Shown here one piece after another: positions 59,989 to 64,000 of a DNA stretch of 64,000 bases. The notes below the pieces were generated by a model that saw only the letters and a program-made list of their open reading frames with translations, was not told the origin of the DNA and did no database searches. The DNA is from Candidatus Eiseniibacteriota bacterium. Its GTDB lineage: Bacteria > Eisenbacteria > RBG-16-71-46. Numbering within the stretch: the stretch's first letter is position 1; each line of letters begins with the position of its first letter. Both the position numbers and the translations under genes were made by a program. Location of the stretch: the NCBI GenBank assembly GCA_963717935.1, contig CAVQXP010000001.1, forward strand, positions 1-64,000, in the 5' to 3' direction.

Positions 59989-60654
59989 TCAGCGCGGCGC
60001 GGCAGCCAGCTCTACCCGCAGGATGCGGGCGCGATTCGCGTACGAGGTCTCCCCATACTCGTCGAGCAGGCGCTTCAGCACCGGATCGGCTTCCTTCGGC
60101 TGGTTCATCTGCCGGTAGCAGCGCGCGGCCGCGTAGAGGAACTCGGCCGACGATTCGCGGTCGAACCTGCCCACCAGGCCCTCGTAGACGGGTGCAGCAT
60201 CCTTGAACTGGTGGTCGCTCTCGAGCGCATAGGCGAGGCTGCGGCGCACGGCGTCGGCGACCAGCCCGGACTTCTTCCTGGCAAGGTAGAGCTGGTACTC
60301 CGCGGCCGACTCCTTGAACTTCCCGAGCCAGAACTGGGCGTCGCCCGCCAGCCGGTGTGCGTCGATGCCGCTCGGGCTGTTGGGCCACTGCTCGGCGACC
60401 TGTCGCGCCACCGGGAGCGAACGGTCGTAGGCGCCCTGCCAGAAGTACAGGTTCGCCTCGGCGAGCTTCCCGGCCGCCTGCTCCTCATCGGCCGCGCGAG
60501 CGCGCAGGATGAAGAACGCGCCCATCGCGATCACCGCGATCACGCCCAGACCGATCAACGACATCCGCCCGTACCGCGCCCAGTGGGCGGAAATCGAGTC
60601 CAGAAGCTTTGCTCCCGGATCTTCCAGTCGAGCCGACTCTCGCTCTAACGTCAA
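59989..60654 (-). CDS. Membrane-anchored TPR protein (YfgM-like)
   Basis: Single N-terminal TM followed by TPR helices; GGAGG SD before TTG. Confidence 0.8.
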   Translation of the reverse strand: MTLERESARLEDPGAKLLDSISAHWARYGRMSLIGLGVIAVIAMGAFFILRARAADEEQAAGKLAEANLYFWQGAYDRSLPVARQVAEQWPNSPSGIDAHRLAGDAQFWLGKFKESAAEYQLYLARKKSGLVADAVRRSLAYALESDHQFKDAAPVYEGLVGRFDRESSAEFLYAAARCYRQMNQPKEADPVLKRLLDEYGETSYANRARILRVELAAAPR

Positions 60655-60723
60655 GACACTCCTCCGGTTCGAAGGACAGGCTCGACCTCGGTCCGAGGTC
60701 GACTGAACGGCGACAGACGGGGA

Positions 60724-60752
60724 ACCTTATCCCGTGGCCGGGTGACCGTCAA
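60724..60752 (-). promoter_or_regulatory. Sigma70 promoter for TPR-GH57
   Basis: TTGACG-N17-TAAGGT on the - strand. Confidence 0.5.
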
Positions 60753-60974
60753 GCCACGCCGGGATATCCGTACTTAGCCGGCTTCCGGTCCGTGCGAGCC
60801 CCGCCGCCCACGGCCAAGCTCCGAAGGCGTGCCCCGGGGAGTCGGAGGGCGGCTAAGTACGGACACGCTCGCCCTCCGACTCCCCGGGGCACGCCACGCC
60901 GCAAGGGACGCGGCGGGGACGAGCGCGCGCCGAGCCCGGCAGCAAGCGCGGCGCGGACAGGGGCCGCCCGTCGG

Positions 60975-62120
60975 TCACGGCGCGCAGCGCACGCACGCCA
61001 CCGCCCCGTGCGCGCGAACCAGCATCTCCGCTCGCGTCCCGCACGAGGGGCACCTCGGCAGGTCCGGGCACCCGCGCGCCACGTCCACCAGGCTCTTCAG
61101 CCGCACGTGCACCGCCCCCGAGCGCAGCTCCTGCTCCAGGTCCGCGACCGGCCAGGCCCACTCCGAGAGCCCCCAGACCCGCATCTCCGTCCGGATCGCC
61201 CAGCGCCCGCGCACCTCGGCCGCGCGCCGGTCCCACTCGAGCTTGATCGACGTGCTGTCGCCCTGTTCGAGTTCCACCTCGTCGCCGTTCGACGTGCGGC
61301 GCCGCAGACGCTCCTGCTCCTCCTCGAGCCGGGCCGTGAAGAAGGCGCCCAGACGCTCGAGCTCGGCGTCGCGCAGCCGGCCCATCTGCCGCTCCCACTC
61401 CTGCTCGCGCTCCTCGAGCAGCCGCTCGAAGTGGGCGCGCGTGACCTCCATCCAGCGCGCGCGCTGCTCGGGCTCCAGCTCCTCCTCCATCTGGTAGAGC
61501 CCGTCGCGCGAGCGCACGCCCGGCACCTCGGGGGCGCTGTGCCACTCCAGCAGCTCGCCGGTGGGCCCGATCAGCACCACCCAGGGCTCCTGCCAGGGCA
61601 GCCCGCCCCAGCGCGTCGCCACCGCGTGGAACGAGACGCGGCGCTCGTAGCGCACGGGCCCCAGGCGCGCCGGCCCCCACGACAGGCCCCGCACCTTGCA
61701 GACCGTCGCGAGCCCTTCCTCGCTCACCCCGGGCACGTGCGCCAGCGCCGTGCGCCGCGTGAGCACCGGCTCCTCCATCGCGGCCTCGAGGATGCGCCGC
61801 CCGGCACTGCTGCCGGGTGCCGTGAACCAGGCGCCACGCGGCAGGGTCGCGCGCAGCGGATCGAAGACCAGGCGCACGCGCTGGCGGCGCCAGCGGCGGC
61901 GCAGGGCGGCCGCCAGGTCCACCTCCCAGTCGCCGCGCGCCGCCGGCTTGACCGTGCAGCCATCGGCCTCGAGCCAGCGGCCCACGAACTCGCGCCACGC
62001 GGGCGGCAGGCTGGGGGGCGGCGCGGGCGACATGCCGGTCCCGCCGTCACTGCCCGGCCCCCGCCGCGCGTCAACGCGCCGGGCTGCCGCGCTCTTCGTG
62101 GTCGACCGCGGGGGGCTCAC
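60975..62120 (-). CDS. Hypothetical protein with coiled coil and C-terminal zinc ribbon, coupled to the SNF2 helicase
   Basis: GTG start overlaps helicase TGA, GAGGAGG SD; E/R-rich coil; CPSCG..H..CVRC. Confidence 0.65.
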   Translation of the reverse strand: MSPPRSTTKSAAARRVDARRGPGSDGGTGMSPAPPPSLPPAWREFVGRWLEADGCTVKPAARGDWEVDLAAALRRRWRRQRVRLVFDPLRATLPRGAWFTAPGSSAGRRILEAAMEEPVLTRRTALAHVPGVSEEGLATVCKVRGLSWGPARLGPVRYERRVSFHAVATRWGGLPWQEPWVVLIGPTGELLEWHSAPEVPGVRSRDGLYQMEEELEPEQRARWMEVTRAHFERLLEEREQEWERQMGRLRDAELERLGAFFTARLEEEQERLRRRTSNGDEVELEQGDSTSIKLEWDRRAAEVRGRWAIRTEMRVWGLSEWAWPVADLEQELRSGAVHVRLKSLVDVARGCPDLPRCPSCGTRAEMLVRAHGAVACVRCAP

Positions 62121-64000
62121 GCCTCCTCCTTCTCCGTCACCGAGGGGAACAGCCAGTCCTCGGAGTCCTTCTGCTGCTGGTAGAGCCGGCGCGCCACCAC
62201 CAGGTGCTGGGCCAGTTCGGCGAACTTGCGCTTGCGCACACGCGGGTTGGTGGACTCGGTCCAGCGCCGGAAGACCTCGTCCTCGAACGAGCCCGAGATC
62301 TGCCAGGTCCCGAGGATCTCCTCCATCTCGCCCACCACCAGCTCGAACATGCGGATCTTGCGCTCGAGGATCTCGAGCACGTAGGCCTCGATGGTGCCGC
62401 GCGCGACCAGGTTGATGACGCGCACCGGGTGGCGCTGCCCGAGGCGGTGCACGCGCCCGATGCGCTGCTCCACGCGCATCGGGTTCCACGGCAGGTCGTA
62501 GTTGATGACGATCCGCGCGAACTGGAGGTTCCGCCCCTCGCCGCCGGCCTCGGTGCTCACCAGCACCGGCGAGACGGTGCGAAAGTGCTCGAGCGCCTCC
62601 TCCTTCTCGCGCCAGCCCAGCTCCCCGTGGAAGACCGACGGCTCCACGCCCGTGGCCTCCAGGGCGGAGACGATGGCGTCCTGGGTGGAGCGGAACTGCG
62701 TGAAGATGATGGCCTTCTCCCCCGCGAGCCCGCCCAGCACGCGCTGCAACGTGCGCAACTTCGACGGACTCGCCGAGACCGCCTCCGCGCGCGCGGCCAG
62801 CAGCTTCAGGCGCCGCTGGTCGAGCCCGTCCGGGCGATGCGTCAGGCGCTCGAGCGTGGCCCGCGCCGCGGCCCAGGACGAGCCCATCTCCTTCTGCAGA
62901 ACCATGAGGGTGAAGTAGTGCGGGCGACCGGGCCCGCCGTGCTCGCCGTGGACGGCCTCGGCCACGAACTCGCTCACCTGCCGATAGAGACCGCGCTCCG
63001 GCGCGGTCTGCGTCACCCAGCGGGTCTCCACCTTGCGCGGGGCGAAGACCAGGTCGGTGTCGCCGCGCCGCGTGCGGATCATGACCACCTTGAGCAGGTT
63101 GCGCAGCCGGGGCGTGTTGCGCGGCGTGCGCTTGTCGTGCCCCGAGAGGAAGTCACGGCGGAACTGCGAGAAGGTGCCCACCGTCCCGGGGCGCGTCAGC
63201 GTCACCAGGTTGTAGAGCTCGCGCATGTCGTTCTGGACCGGCGTGGCGGTGAGCAACAGCAGGTAGCGGGGGTTCAGGTCGTTCACGAACCTCCAGCCCA
63301 GCGTGAGGTGGTTGCGCAGGCGGTGCGCCTCGTCCACCACCACCATGTCGTAGTTGGCGCCGCGCACCCGACGGCGATGGCGCTCGTGCCGCGCGGTCTC
63401 GAGCGAGGAGATGACCAGCGGATGGCGGCCCCACTGCCCCGCCGGGCCACGGGAGACCACGAAATCGAGCTCGAACTTCTCCCACAGCTCGGCCCGCCAC
63501 TGCTCGCACAGCGAGGCCGGCACCAGCACCAGCACCGTCCGCGTCGCGCCCCGCAGCAGATACTCCTTGATGACGATGCCGGCCTCGATGGTCTTGCCCA
63601 GCCCCACCTCGTCGGCCAGGATGCAGCGCCCGTTCAGGTCGCGCATGACCTTCACGCAGGCCGCGATCTGGTGGGGGAAGCGCTCGACGCCGCGCAGGGA
63701 GTCGAGCGAGATGAGCCGGTCCGTGCCGGCCCAGCCGGACCAGCGCTCGGCCTGCGAGTGCAGCTCGAAGCGCGTGGCCGGCACCGCCCGGCCACGCTGC
63801 CAGGACTCCAGCAGCCGGTCGCCCTGCGCGTGCCAGACCCGTGCGGGCGACACGGCCTCGCCCGCCGCCGGCGCGGGCGCGCCCGCCTCCACGACGACCC
63901 ACTCGCGTTGCGCCGAGAGGCGGCGCAGCCGGCCGTCGAAGACCACCTCCAGCACCTCGCGGCCGCGGTCGGTGTGGACCTCGACCACGAGGCCCTCGCC
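62117..64000 (-). CDS. SNF2-family helicase (YqhH/RapA-like), 5' end outside window
   Basis: ILADEVGLGKTIEAG, DEAH, LTATP, STEAGGEGRNLQF, NYDLPWNPMRVEQRIGRVHRLGQ. Confidence 0.93.
   Translation of the reverse strand, partial: GEGLVVEVHTDRGREVLEVVFDGRLRRLSAQREWVVVEAGAPAPAAGEAVSPARVWHAQGDRLLESWQRGRAVPATRFELHSQAERWSGWAGTDRLISLDSLRGVERFPHQIAACVKVMRDLNGRCILADEVGLGKTIEAGIVIKEYLLRGATRTVLVLVPASLCEQWRAELWEKFELDFVVSRGPAGQWGRHPLVISSLETARHERHRRRVRGANYDMVVVDEAHRLRNHLTLGWRFVNDLNPRYLLLLTATPVQNDMRELYNLVTLTRPGTVGTFSQFRRDFLSGHDKRTPRNTPRLRNLLKVVMIRTRRGDTDLVFAPRKVETRWVTQTAPERGLYRQVSEFVAEAVHGEHGGPGRPHYFTLMVLQKEMGSSWAAARATLERLTHRPDGLDQRRLKLLAARAEAVSASPSKLRTLQRVLGGLAGEKAIIFTQFRSTQDAIVSALEATGVEPSVFHGELGWREKEEALEHFRTVSPVLVSTEAGGEGRNLQFARIVINYDLPWNPMRVEQRIGRVHRLGQRHPVRVINLVARGTIEAYVLEILERKIRMFELVVGEMEEILGTWQISGSFEDEVFRRWTESTNPRVRKRKFAELAQHLVVARRLYQQQKDSEDWLFPSVTEKEEA

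Overview
A very GC-rich bacterial chromosomal segment from a diderm (LptE, beta-barrel OMP, proteins with FlgD-Ig C-terminal domains). It resembles Ca. Eisenbacteria/FCB-related lineages, but this is inference only. 1-11.3 kb is an accessory block behind a tRNA-Arg 3' end: serine hydrolase, TerB, a decayed FlgD-domain gene, DUF4384 protein, exported caspase-like protease, large secreted repeat protein, IS3 remnant and DUF1003. 11.5-55.2 kb is a near-continuous + strand housekeeping run: aroC, aroF, tRNA-Val, thrS, infC-rpmI-rplT, pheST, zapB-like, zapA, 6S RNA, rny, ymdB-folD fusion, xseAB, ispA, lipoprotein, DUF212, dxs, nadK, recN, trpE/G-like, trpD, RDD, GT-C, tRNA-Arg, ubiE, GGDEF, wlbABC-like genes, HK/NtrC, lptE, holA, leuS. 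A dif-like XerCD site at 55301-55328 marks a switch to mostly - strand genes (GT2, GH57, TPR, SNF2 helicase plus Zn-ribbon partner). Most notable: (i) a TrpE/TrpG pair with catalytic residues replaced, next to a motif-intact TrpD; (ii) a seamless YmdB-FolD fusion with a CTG start; (iii) a tRNA-Thr anticodon-mimic hairpin in front of thrS; (iv) a sigma54 promoter heading a diguanylate cyclase/amino-sugar/two-component block; (v) an exported caspase/DUF4384 module. Many single-base frameshifts, about 7 of them in leuS, point to assembly indel errors rather than pseudogenes.
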